Source of the DNA: Atractiella rhizophila
Taxonomy: Eukaryota
Direction of reading: 5' to 3'
Length of the DNA stretch: 64,000 nucleotides
Assembly (NCBI GenBank): GCA_021432655.1
Contig: MU271184.1
Span: 186,001-250,000, forward strand
The notes beneath the pieces are model-generated. The model saw only the letters and a list, made by a program, of their open reading frames with translations. It did not search any database and had not been told where the DNA came from. Positions 38,401 to 50,859 of the stretch are shown here, in pieces. Both the position numbers and the translations under genes were made by a program. Numbering within the stretch: the stretch's first letter is position 1; each line of letters begins with the position of its first letter.

Positions 38401-40229
38401 CCTCGCAGGACGACCGGTTCCTCTATTTCTCGAACATTGTGAAGTAAGTTGAAGGAGGAAACCATGTGATATGTGGCACCCGTGTCATGTATCATCTTCA
38501 ATGTTGCCAGCGCAGTTCGCGGTGGAAGAATGTCCTCATGCCAATCGATTACTGGGAACTTCGAATCCAGAATGGGTCCGTCGTCTCTTGCCTTCCCAGC
38601 AAACGCTCCGTTCCATACACACCACACCCCATCCATTCCCGAAGGCATCTCCCAGTTCTGTACCCCAAGAGCGCCTCCCATGACATCTCTGTCATATTCT
38701 TCATATTCTATTCCTTCAGACGAATATCTGCATTCTTGGTTGAAGGCTGGATGTTCGGGAGGGAGAGGATTGTCTTTGCCATAACCAGGGACATAGATCG
38801 GGAAGGTGGATAATGCAGCAGGATTGTCGGGAAGGTGTCGTCCCCGCTGTTCAAACGCCTCCTGTACATAGGCAGGAACCCAAGCAAGGTCATTAGGTCC
38901 GAACACAACTGATCCATCTCCAGTTCCATCAGCTCTCCCGTCGTCGATGTGCACGTTAACGGCTCCCACAATGTTCTTTGTTCCGTCATCGTCCGCCGTC
39001 GTATTCAATCGAGAGACAGCCAGGCCACTGACGTTCCATTGAGTGATACCCGTATAATATCTCCCTACTTCTGCCGCTCTTGCTCTCATTCGGGTGTTGA
39101 CATCCGCCCCCTTCAGTCTACACGTTTCTCCACGATGCCCCTCCTGAAAACAGACATGACATCTCCCATTCAACATCAACTTTCCGCCAGCTGTAAATCC
39201 ACCATTCCAAACTCTTCCAGGAATCTCTTGCAATTGATCAACACGTGTTGGATTTCCTCCATTCCTCAGAGGTAGCGCATATATCATCCTCTCGGACGAT
39301 AGGGGAACATTTCGGTATGGTCTTAGTGTGGGCATAAGTTGCTGTGACTTCGGACGGAATACACGTTGAGGTGGCGTCATTGTCGTTGAACCTCTCCTCG
39401 TCGGCGTGCCTGGAATGAAGTTATGCGTCCTGTTAGCAGTAGGTGTCCGTGGGCTCTGGACGGAATATGCGCTGGAGGGTTCGTGAGTCGGATAATCGAG
39501 GTATGTCCCGTTGCTAGGAGGTTGCCCCATCTCGATCCTCTTTAAGTCCATGTCCCACTGCTTGATACAGAAATCCAGGATTTCGTCTAACATGGACTCA
39601 AACTTCTTATCCCTTAACGTCGGACTGGTGTAATCCCTCGCCCATTTCGGATCATTCTCTACCTTCTCCATCAACCCAGTCCATGGCGGGATTGATTGAG
39701 CCTTCAGGAGGTCAAGGAAGAATGAATTCGGGACTTTGTCTTCGGATCTAGCATTGCTAACAGCTCGTTTCTTGGTTCGCCACTTATTCCACCATTCCTT
39801 CTGGTCTTCTCCCGCAACTTGCCTCATATTGACGAAATTGAGGAGGTCGAATATTTCCGATTGCTTCCGCAAAGCCCCATATTGCGTCTTCAGGACATTG
39901 ATCCTCTCACGACATGTCCCAAGTTTCGCCATCGAATCCCAATCACTCTCCGTCACGAGAGCCTTCAGGATAGTATTGGCAGCCGCATCATTTGAGATCC
40001 ATTTCTGATAGGTGGTCATCTTAGAGGTAAACGAGGTTGCATTCTCCTTCAAACCGCCGATCGCGAAAGTAGGAAGTTCTGGTTTAGGCGTACCTCCACT
40101 CCCTTCCTCAAGAACAACCTCCCCAAAACCACTCCCTACCACCAAGCGAATAAACTCTTCATACCAAGATTTCCAGTTCCCTGCCTCCAGCTTTCTACCA
40201 CTCCAAAGACTCATCAAGTTTTGCGCCAT
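35434..40229 (-). pseudogene. Copia-2 gag-pol polyprotein, disrupted
   Basis: 1305-aa ORF with CHVCFQEGHRGETC, HDTGATYHM, HERLGH..CLTC, SDIWGP and YKARLVALG. In-frame TAA at 36312 (EEEI*VQQP), HVDD in 35853-36236, frameshift near 35935. Second integrase Asp apparently lost (RTVRAAEY). Confidence 0.93.
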
Positions 40230-40418
40230 TGTCGCGGCCGCCGCCTTCTATTTCTCGTGGTCCAAGATGAGATCCAGGGTCTCACTGGATGCGTTTGATT
40301 TGGTTTCCTGCTCAGGAAAAGGGGTTGGAGCCGGCGATGGGGGCAGAGATATTAACTTGTCAACGTTCATTCAACAGCGTTTTTGAAAATTTTTTTCCCC
40401 AACCTGCTCTCGCTACCA

Positions 40419-40592
40419 TGTGGATCTGCTCATCCCTGGTGGTAAGCACCTAGCATGACTATTATCCGAGACTCCTACCTGCTCATCCCTGGTGGTAAGC
40501 ACCTAGGGAGAGCAGGTCATTGACCGTTCGTACGTACACCCGTGTGCGGTGATCGCACCACACTGGATACCTCCAACAAGGACAGATCCACA
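40419..40592 (-). repeat. 5' LTR of Copia-2 (174 bp) with internal 28-bp direct repeat
   Basis: 10-bp inverted ends TGTGGATCTG / CAGATCCACA, adjacent PBS, and CTGCTCATCCCTGGTGGTAAGCACCTAG at 40426-40453 and 40479-40506. Confidence 0.9.
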
Positions 40593-40988
40593 AACCCTAA
40601 GCAAAGGCGGAGGAAAGGACTGGTGCAGTTGTGCAAGTCCTTTCCTCCTTCTTCCATCTGCCCATCCGCCACGCTTTCCTTCCTCATATTCTCATCCACC
40701 TAGCTTTCTCCGACATCCTCTATTCTCTGATCTGTGAGTGTGCTTCAGCAGCACGGCGAAAAGGTGTGCCTCTCTTGTTATGTCTCATTCCTTTCCTCTT
40801 TGCATGAATGTTGTACTAACAATTATCTCCGAGTATTTTCTGTTTCCGCTTGCTTCTCACCTTCCGTCCACCAACTTCCATGGCCACTGCTCTCTTGTGC
40901 CCCGCCCCTCCTCATCGCATCCACTCTGTCCCACCCTTCACGCCTTCTCCCAGCAGAGTACCAGCTCATTGGACCTTATTCAATCGTC

Positions 40989-43900
40989 ATGTCTGCGCTT
41001 TCCTCCAACATCTTCGATCCCCCTGTCGTGAAGGCACTGTGCAAACAGGTGCTAGAGACCCACACTCGACAGAAGGCTGGGAATAAGAAGGGAAACTGGC
41101 TTGTGGACTGGGAAACAATGTGGACAATTCAATCGGTCAATGATACAGTGGAGAAATGGAAGAAAAATAAAAGTATTGTGGGAGAAGAGGGCAACTATTC
41201 TTTGCTGCCCAAGTGTTAGAATATAGGAAAATTGTTAACCGAGTCCTTGACAGAGAGGTATGCTATTCTGTACTTATTTTAAAGTCTCTGGGTTACAAGT
41301 AAAATGTAGATTAACCAAGGAACCATTCCCACTGGCTTTCCCCTCTATGGACCGCTTTTCATTCCTCCCACTGCCGATTATGACCATTTACGGCGAAGAA
41401 ACGTTTCTGACTGTCCGGAAAATTTCTCGTTGAACCTGTTCTTGTCCTAACTCCTGAATACTTTCCTGGCTATAATATGGAGAAATGTCCGGTCAAAGGC
41501 TGCATGGCGAAAGTTGAAAAGCAGGGGCTGGCGCCAACTGGTTATCGCTCAGTTTATGGGCTATCATGCAATTTGAAAGCAATTGGTTGTTATCTCAAAT
41601 TTCAGACTCATGGCAAATGGAGCACAACCTCTCCTAACTTTTGGAGGAACTTTCAGCCATATGAATTAGGTATCGGCGTATTTTTTAAAATGATTTAATA
41701 AACACATGACTAAGTTGCTTGCATAGATGGAATACCTTACTTCCGGGAGTCATCGGCTATCACTCAAGATCTGTTCAACTTTATTACAGAATTACGGCCA
41801 AAGACTGATGTTGGCAAACTGGGAGAAGCGATTCAGCGTGCGTGACTACTGTCTTTGCTTAAAAAAAACCAACTTACACACTCTTTGTGTTTTGCAGAGC
41901 TACATTCGGAGCATGTCCAGCAGATTAAACGGGTTTGGCAACAGTACGCTATTGAAGAACAGATTCGTCACAAATGGCCGTCCGGCTCGTTCAAGCCAAC
42001 CTTGAAGCAGTTCCCAGGTGTTCTATCCAGAGCTGCCGATCCAACAATAAAAGCCGATGCGATTAAGTCCTCTCCATCATCTGGCCTCATCAAGACAATC
42101 TACGAACACTGGATAGAGTGTGAGCCCAGAAAGCAACATGTATTTGAAGACCCTTACCGGTATGTATTTTGGCTTACCTTGGCCCTCTATCCTAATAAAC
42201 CACCAGGTCTTTCGTTAGGCCTTGATGCAACCCTCAAGGTCGCCAAGAAGGCAAACATTTACACTACCATGAAGGAGACTGGTGGTCATCAAAAAGTACA
42301 AGTTACAAATATTTTTGGTGGAGGATTGTTGACGATGGTAAATGAGGACCGAGAACTTGTGGGATACACAAGTTATAAAGTTGCTGTCATCTGTAAATTC
42401 AAGGCCTAATGATAACAATCCAGGAATTTCTTGTTGGAAACTCACCGCTCGAGATGGGTCCACCACTTCAAGAGTTTGCGCAACGTGCACGGCTCCTTGG
42501 AGTCGACTTTGAAGGTAGTGGGCAGGCATGTGTTGACCTCTGCTGTCAACATAGGAACAGTATCCTTCTCTAGGTGCCCGAACTCTGGATTGGTCAGGAT
42601 CGAGCTCATCTTGAAATGCATGTCTTTGAAACAATTCCTCATATCAATCCGGCACGAGCAGATTTCGTTGTGGCATTTCGAGACGCAATCTTGAAGAAGA
42701 AGGCAGACTTGCGCGGTGGGGTTTCTGAGTATTATTCAGTTGAAGAAAGCTTGGAGCGGCTTACGAAAGTTGAAGACAAGTTCAAGAAGAATCCTGATTT
42801 TTGGATCAAGTGCTGTGCCACATTCGAGCTTCAAAAAGGTCACATTGCGAAGGGATGCCTTATTCCAAAGCATCAGCAACTCCCGTTTATGACATCAAAT
42901 AATGAAAACTGGCATGTTGCAGCTGGCGAGCCATTTCGTGGATCGGCTTCTTCTCTTACAACTGTTCTGAGTGTCCTTCCCGATATCTTCTTACGCAAAA
43001 ACCTCCTTGTCAAAATTAAGAACCGCTCTCAGCCAGCTGACTCACCATCATGAGCATTTCGGAAGAAGGTTATTGAGGCTGGTACCCACCACATCTTTCT
43101 TGTGGATTGGAATCTTCGCCTGGAAGACATCTTATACTCTTCAAGCCAGCCTAAACTGCTGGACGTCTTTTCGAAGCACGAGTTTGGATTGGTCAAGCGT
43201 GAAAAGCAGTATGTTTTCTGTATATGCTACTGGGAGTAGTACATTTGTTGCTATTCCATGAGTTTAGATTTACAGGAGTTGACCTAGATCGCTATAAAGC
43301 AAAGCGAAAGGAGCTCCTCCAAACTCTCAAACCAGATGATATCGAACACCCCGAAGTGATTGTTATGGCTGTTATGAATGGAACGGTTGTCATGAATGGT
43401 GAGCTTCCTGTGGACTCTGATGTTGAAATGGAGGTGTTTCCGAAGGCTGTAAGTCTTCTCTTTCCCAGTCTTCTCAACATGAGAATATATTCATATTGAC
43501 ATGTTATAGAAACCTGAGAACACTCCTTTACAACATTCTGCGATCAGTTCATCTTGCTTGCCAGAAAAGCGCATGGCGACCCAATTGGATAGTGAGGATG
43601 ATGCCACTACTACGCTCACCATCTCCTCCAAACGCCCTCATCTAAATCGAGAACTTTTGGAGCCAGATATCAAGCCACCTCCGCTACCTTCTTTTTGGAA
43701 CTTTATAAAATCGAACCAGTCCCCATTTTCCACAAGTATGGATGTGGAAGCACAACCACCACCAGTTCCTCTGCCTACGAATGTCTCCCAATCTCAAACC
43801 TCATAGACCTTTACTTCAGCAACTGGCACTTCGTTTGCAGATTATCAGGAGAAGAATAAAATTCAAATGTACTCTGATGCCTTCTGGAAGCTTGCAGCCT

Positions 43901-44635
43901 GCCGACTCCAGTTCAAAGCTACTTCTTCAATGACAGAGAAGCAGCTGAAGTTGTTTGCTGAGAACTTTAATAACCCCTAGCTTATCTTGAGCCCTGTATA
44001 TTACCATATAGAAAAGGGTGTTCCGACCAACAAAATCATTGGTGACGGTTTGGTAGTCAAAAATAGTTTATTTACAATCGAGAAGGATGTTGCTAGTCAC
44101 ATTCAGAGAGTAGCCAGAGGAGACTGTGAGTTTGAATGCTTTTATTGACAAGAAAGGAATTTACTAATAGTGTTGAGTAGCCATCAAACCATTCTGGAAA
44201 CTACAAACGACACTCCCTCCACCAGTGAAAGTGACATACATGAAGCCAACAAAGAAGGGCAACCTTGGAGCTGTAAAGACTTGTGGTTGATGCAAGAAGC
44301 AAAAGGATGGATATGGTGAGAAGAATACAAACAACCACAAGCGCGATGTCTGTGACGACAACTTTATGCATTGGTCCAAAGTTCCGTACCCACTGCCCAA
44401 GACCAACTTACGCAATGTCCCACTCTGCAAGAATATGTTGGGGAAGTGGAGCACAGACGAGAATGCGGTAAAGAAGTTTTTCACGGATATCAAGGATGGG
44501 AAAGTGCCAGATGTTGATCAATCGGTGGAGATGGTCAACATGCGAGTTTTTATGGCAATGACATGGGTAGAGGAAAAGATGGACTGGGTTTTGACAAAAG
44601 AAAGGTTGCATATTGAAGTGGGGAAGAGAAAGTAG
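40989..44635 (+). pseudogene. Multi-exon putative DDE transposase of an unassigned family (DUF6729-like N-terminus)
   Basis: Exons give GPLFIPP, EKCPVKGC..GYRSVYGL..IGCYLK, LGLDATLKVAKKA, IGQDRAHL (DxxH), HIAKGCL, TSNNENWH and a C-terminal CxxC..H..C. GT-AG introns; some stops and frameshifts. Partly duplicated at 53-56 kb. Confidence 0.6.
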
Positions 44636-44829
44636 TGCTGCACTTAGTGAGTAGTCAGATGCAAATGGATATCTTTTGTGATTTTCAGTCTGGGACAAAT
44701 AATGTACTAGCCTCCACTTTTGAGATTTTTATAAAGATCACGTCAACTATTCTAAAGCAAAGGCAAATTTTGAGCTTTTATTTGATCAATTACAGCTGCA
44801 GTTGCGAGAGGACTGAATGCACTGTTGCG

Positions 44830-45400
44830 GAGTCAAACAATGTAAATATAATGTGAGTTGATGCTCTGCTTTGTTAATATCCCCTCAATGCTAATAATCC
44901 TTATACATCGTGATAGCTAGCTCTCAGGCCGCGCATTCGATGTACTCACGCATGAGATACAATGGATAATGGCGAAGTAATACAGAATCATATGTTTGAC
45001 ATATATAGGGTGTGTATTTTTTCCTTCACTTTTTTTGATGTTTGCTCACTCTTATTACGCATTATACATAGTAATATCTAGCCCCCAAGCCATCGCTCCT
45101 CGCTCTCACGTCTAAAAAACAATGGATAATAGCGAAGCAATGAGGAATTGCGTTTTTTGATGTATATGAAGTGCGTGTTTTGTCCTCCGCTTTTTTTAAT
45201 GTTCACTCGTTCCCAATATACATTATACGTCGTTGAAGCTACATCTTAGGACTCCCATTTGCGCTACTCACGTCTAAAATACGATAGATAATGGCGAAGC
45301 AATGTGGAATTGCATTTTTGATGTATATGAGGTGTGTGTTTTTGTCCTCAGCTTTGTAATGTTCACTCATCGTTATTACATGTTATACAAGGCGACAACA
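44830..45400. repeat. ~161-bp diverged tandem repeat, about 3.5 copies
   Basis: AATGGATAATGGCGAAG-like core at 44961, 45121 and 45283. Confidence 0.8.
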
Positions 45401-45729
45401 GCAACATATACGTTGCGTTCAAGCGACTTAACAGGAAAACACATTGGATATTGATGTCGGAAGGTGTGATCACATTTCAAGTTTCGACATACCCATATCT
45501 TTATTTATATATTTTTTTTGCTTCAGAGACAGACACATTCCTTTTCATAGACACTGGATCAGTCTAAATAATGTCCATGATGAAGCATTAATCATTACTA
45601 CGTTTTTGCATTCCATAATATTCGATGGCGACCACTTTTTGTGTTTGCAGCCCGATGCGGTGCAAATCTCCCCGAAATTGAGCGCAAAACCACCCTTGGG
45701 GCGACCAGTTTGCCAACAAAGGGGCTTAG

Positions 45730-48540
45730 TATGAGTCATGCCCACGGACTTTTTGAGGCTTGAGTTATATGGTGACGGTCACCTGGTCCCAACAACATCG
45801 TCTTAGCATGACTCATTGATGATAGTTGATGAAATTTGTTCCAAATTTTCCAGGCTTTTTTTTTTTCTAGTTCAAGTTCCAGAAGCTGTTCAAGTCATAA
45901 GAAAGAGTGTTGTGATGCACAATTTTGCAAGAATATATTAGTCCAATCAAATTGTGAAGGAAGAATATGTTTGTAATAACTATGTCTCTCTAAACATCAT
46001 GTCGAGCTGCCCATGCCTCTGGAACCCTGCAATGGGAAGAGTATTGCTTCATTTGATATTCAGCATTAATAGCACTCTTTTCTTCTTTGTAAGCTTGAAT
46101 CCATCGGTGGCTCCGATGCTCAAACTTCCGTATTGTTGACAACGGCACTGAGTGCATTCCCTCTGGAACTGTCTTCCTCAACCCTTCAAAGGTATAATCA
46201 CAATTTTCTGCTCCCTTGAGTCAGCTAGAAACTGAAAGGAGATGAATGTAGCTAACCCCTGATATATCGTTTCATTGCTCCCTAGAAGAATTCAATGAAC
46301 TTCAGTTCACAGTGAACTTCGGTAAGAAATTGCCCGATGTCCCTTCTGCTCAAGGATCTCCTGTATAAGTGGCTTTTGCTCCTGAAATCAGGCTGAGCAG
46401 CAAGCCATCTCTCTGATGCAACAACAGTAAGCAAAGCATAGAGAAAAATGGATGTAGCCCACCTGCACAACACATGTGATCATCACGATGGTCGGTAACC
46501 TTTTTGCACTTTCCTCGCAGGCTGGGGAGCCAAAGATTTCTCTCCTGGAGGACCACCTTCATTCCCTTTGGTGTTCCATCTTCATATACCATCTGTTAAG
46601 TATGTCTCTTCCCCATCACATCCACCCACCAGCCATTCCTCAGCTTTGCTTGTGCACCACCTGCCGAAAGATCAGTAATTCTTGATATCTGCAGATCCTC
46701 CAGTGAATGAAGCACATACCAGGTCCGACATTCATATGTTTGGTATTAAGAGCATCTTTTGCAATGGCTGCATGCCCAGTTGAGTTATCAAACATTACAA
46801 GAGCCTGGTCTCCTGGATGCAATCGTTCAAAAACAGGAATGAACTTCTTCTCAACCTGTGTATCCGATGGATGCTACTAATCATCAATAAGGACAATCAA
46901 CAGCAAGGAAGACAGACCTGTTCAGCAAGTTTCTCTGCATTCCAGTATCCTTCATGATTCTTCCCATACTCTAACTGCTCATCTGCTTCCTCAAGCCTTC
47001 CTTTCGTGGAGCAGATGAAATCTGACTGGTGCAAACCACGGCCTTGCCCCTTCTTCCGAATTTTGGATTGTCCATCCAGTACCCATGAGAAGTGCTTGCC
47101 GTCATGTGCGTTGCAGGCGGATTCAGCATGAGAGACAAGGACAACTCGGCGTGTATCTGGAGGAATGTCCTTGATGACCTCCTTCATTACATGACCAATC
47201 ATACTGGCATAGTTGTGGGAGGTATCTTTCAAGGGTAGGGATAAAGACGTCCTACCGATACTTGACGACATCTGGTCTTTCATGACCACTGGAAGACATC
47301 AGCTAAGCTGTACACAGAGTAAGAGCTTACTCGAAGTAGAGACCCTTCTTGTAATATATCCACTGAAATCCCTCTTTCCTCAATCATCTCCTGGCCATCC
47401 TCAATGATATCCTTTTTGGCCCTGGCTTGAATCGAATACGAGGAAAGAGCTCCACTTCAAGGTACTCTTTCAATCCTTTCGGTATCTCTTCACGTATTGT
47501 TTGCTTTGCATACTTCTCAAGTACAAGTGGGACCATCGTATTGACGTGGAATCCAGCAAGTTTTGTTGGGGTCCATCGACCACTTTTTGGTTTGGAGCCA
47601 GGTACAAAGAATGGCACGGATTTCTGGGTCATTCAGTAGGGTATATGTTTTTATATGTCTCTCTGCATACATCACATCAGTCTTTATCAACTGTCAAGAA
47701 GACAAACTGACCTCTGTTTGACACTGGCAGCTCACCTGTCTCCTCAAAATGAGAAGCCCATAAACGAATACATCGTGCACTGTGTAAGTGAGTCCAATTT
47801 GATGCGACGCTGCCGCAAGCTGCGATGCCTCCAGCTTCCACCTTGTACCCAGCTTTAAAAGATTATAATATGTTTCCAGTGCCCGTACCCTCTGTCCTTG
47901 AAGGTGTGTCACGAATGTATTCTCCTGCAGAAGTTGCTCAATCTGAGCGGCCTTCGCCACATAATCATTGAGCTTCTCCCTGTTTTGCTGAGCACTCTCT
48001 TTGTTCGTGAGGCGTATCCGCTTCAGTGCGGGTGATACAACAGGGGACACTTCTTCGTCTGATCTCTTTGGAGGTGTGACAGGACGTGAAGTTGCCAGTG
48101 AGTATGATGTTGGAGTCTGAGAAAATGGAAAGGGTTGTGAGGAAGAGTTTGGCATGGAGGGTATCGTGGAAGAGTATAGTGGAGGTGTGATGGAGTTGAC
48201 AGGAGAGGGGGCTAGTGAGATGTAAGGAGAGAGGTCTTCTTCTTCTTCATCCTCGTCATCAGTCAGCACGTTGATTACATTGTCATGTGTTGTGTAAAGT
48301 GAGGATAGCTGTGACAAAGGTGGCTCTCGAAGAGGTTTGGACAGGTTATCAATTCGCTCACAGCCACTAAAAGCGGGAGTTAACACAGAAGACAGATGTT
48401 GTAAAGACTTACCGTTGCCTTGCATCATTGTACTTGTTCCTACGCCACACTGAAGTCCGTGCTTTTGACGTTGCTCCATTACCATATCCTTGCGTCCTTG
48501 ACTTGCCCTGCCACTTCTCTCCTTCAGCCCAAGCATTCAC
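45730..48540 (-). pseudogene. IS630/Tc1/mariner-superfamily transposase pseudogene (fungal long-spacer type)
   Basis: Exons give VSHAESACNAHDG (first catalytic D changed), KKGQGRGLHQSDF, EGYWN, MFDNSTGH..DALN, GTPKGMKVVLQER, QPDF and HCELKFIEFF. ATGAGTCATG-rich terminal region near 45730. Boundaries approximate. Confidence 0.75.
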
Positions 48541-48749
48541 ATCTAGTGCCCAGCTCATGAGGTCATCGTAGACTGATCCCAAGAGGTCATCCTTAGCTTG
48601 CAGCAGCAGGGCTCATCGTTTCCTAATGTCTGGCGCCTCCTCCTCCTCACTGTCTATCTCAATCTCCCATCATCAGTCTCTTCCTCTTCCTCCTCCTTAC
48701 TATCCGACTGGCCTGAACCGCTAACATCGTTTAGTAGGGATCTGGAGGC

Positions 48750-50170
48750 CAGGGTGTGGTGGATTGGGAAATATAGTAGTATAAAACTGTATCAAACTAC
48801 CTGCCACTTTTGAGCAGTCTAATTCACAGGTATCAGACTCGCATACCCGATAGTTCAGCCCCTCCAGGGGCTTAAACAACTTGTGCCAAAATACCAGTAT
48901 TATACCGTATTTTATACGGTTTTTAGTAAACATGTGTTGGCAAGTGCTACAGCCCCATGAACACCCTATTTAGCTTTTGCTTTCATCAAGAACTGCAGGA
49001 AGAATTAGAATTGATCATTTGATAACACACAACAGAGCCATAGGTACATGTTCTGCAACAAATTAGCAGGAGTGGTGCGAAGTTTCTTTCTTCAGTATCT
49101 GTGTTTCGAAATTTCAACAAAGAACAGCTCAAATCAGTTGATTGCAATCTTGTGAGTTTAGCGCACACCTAAAAGAGAAACATTTGCATCTGTTCTTGAA
49201 GAGTCCAGCCTGCTTTGTTGACCATTTTTGCAGTTTTTTGTTGAGCCCTGTCCTTCCAATGCTTTTTGGGGATCCTCCTGCTTCATGAAAGCAATAAGTG
49301 CTGGGTTGTCAAGATTGATTATGCTTGCTACTTCCCATGCCTCATTTGTTGCTATGGATCCTCGGATGACACTGTCTTCATCTGTCGGAAGGCACTGGTG
49401 TTCAAGTCGCTCAATGATGTCTAAATCTCCTTCGTCAGTGTCTAGAAGGTCCTTCACCTGCAATTGTGGCGCCACCGTCTTCCTTTCTGGCTTGTCATCT
49501 TCTTCCTTTGCTTTTCTTTCTCCTTTTCCTTCCTGCACGTAGCTCTCACAGCACATCACCATGTTGACCAGTGTTGAGGAATCCAAATTTGCACGATATT
49601 TATTTGCCATCCAAGTCATGATAGATATCGTTCGTTCATCTCGCACAGATGTTGGGAGGACTGAAAAGAGCTTGATCACGATCTTCGCTACACCAATCTA
49701 GTGGGTTATCCTGTTGCAGACAAAAGCTTCTCCCAAACAAACTGTCTTGTGTCATCCACCTTCACACTGTCATGTTGAAAATTTGCACTGTTTCTCCGTT
49801 TTCATTTTCGCTCATGATCTCCTCTTCTGCTGTATGAAGGAGGTGGAGTTCATGTCCAATCTGCCTCTTCAGAGATGGGCTCTCCATCTTAAGAACATTG
49901 CTTCTTCCCCAGAAAGGATGGAGCATGAAGGCAGCAAGGTAGACATCTGTAGGAGATGTATAAATGGATCGACAGGATGTGTTGCGTGCAGCTATAATCT
50001 GATTCCAAAGCCTATTGACGATTTCTCTGATTTTCACTTCAATCTCTTTTAAAACATCTTCTGGCGCCACCTTTTCAAATACCGTGTGGAGATGGGCAAT
50101 AATCGCACTCCAATGGAGGAAAACATCGGCAAGTGTAACACTTGTGGCCTGAAGCTCTTTGATTGTGCAC
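48750..50170 (-). mobile_element. hAT transposon 3' remnant
   Basis: CAGGGT-type terminus at 48750. ORFs give VYLAAFMLHP (49762-50070) and KLFSVLPTSVRDERTISIMTW..RANL (49158-49679), the hAT dimerisation region. Confidence 0.7.
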
Positions 50171-50492
50171 TAGGGATGCTTACTCTTCGACCGCCCCGTC
50201 TTACACCCAATTCTTTCATTACCCCTCACTCTCGTTGTTATTGTACAACGTAATACATCAGTAAAACCTCAAATCCTATGGATATAATAGGACACTGCCA
50301 TAGGGTAGGGTTGGCCTATGTAAACTATGAGCGGTGCTAAACAAATCTCTAGTCTGAAAGCCCAGGACCAGATCATCGTCCCGTCCGTCGAAGCCTGAGC
50401 CAGCCACAAACGGGACGATAACCATCCATAAGCAGCACTAGGATCCAAAAATCCGTACGTACGATCGCAGGAAAGAAAATCCAAAGATCACG

Positions 50493-50853
50493 TGTTCTGT
50501 GATGGCATGACTGGAACACTTACATGTCCTACTTTCTGGTAGCATCCAACGTTTCAACGTTTCCTTACTCGTCTGCTCGTTTCCATCCTCGTCTGCTCGC
50601 TTCCTTACTTTGGTGTGTGCTCAAGTTTTCACTTTGAATTACACCTTCTCATTATTCACCACCTTTCTCTCTCTGATAAAAGTGAATTGCCTTGTGAGTG
50701 CAAGACCACATTCTTATTCATTTGGTCTCGCACCTTGCAGGTAATTTGTTTCACCTTACATACTTAGAAACACATTCTCTTTCAATTGATCTCACACCTC
50801 ATAGCCTTGCACGTCGCCGCTCTAAACTCATCATTCTGGTGAACCGGTCAACA
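50493..50853 (+). repeat. Degenerate LTR-like sequence ending GGTCAACA; 5' border uncertain
   Basis: Pyrimidine-rich with a TATA-like GATAAAA, a hairpin, a 34-bp diverged direct repeat flanking a GT donor, and a TCAACA end. No TSD found. Confidence 0.45.
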
Positions 50854-50859
50854 TTTACT

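Larger units (their letters stand above)
35434..40592 (-). mobile_element. Ty1/Copia retrotransposon (Copia-2), 3'-truncated
   Basis: 5' LTR 40419-40592, PBS TGGTAGCGAGAG (40407-40418) and gag-pol ORF. Stops inside RNase H at AEYMALS; no 3' LTR. Confidence 0.95.

Noticed and set aside
27386..40229. Short plus-strand ORFs over the Copia elements, and both large ORFs being 1305 aa
   Set aside because: The short ORFs are antisense shadows of pol. The equal length is coincidence, since the two ORFs cover different domains and have unrelated boundaries.
44830..45400. Tandem array as a CRISPR-like locus
   Set aside because: Whole ~161-bp units are homologous with no unique spacers; eukaryotic context and no cas-like ORFs.
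50296..50320. TAGGGTAGGGTT as a telomeric seed
   Set aside because: Only two imperfect units; expected by chance.
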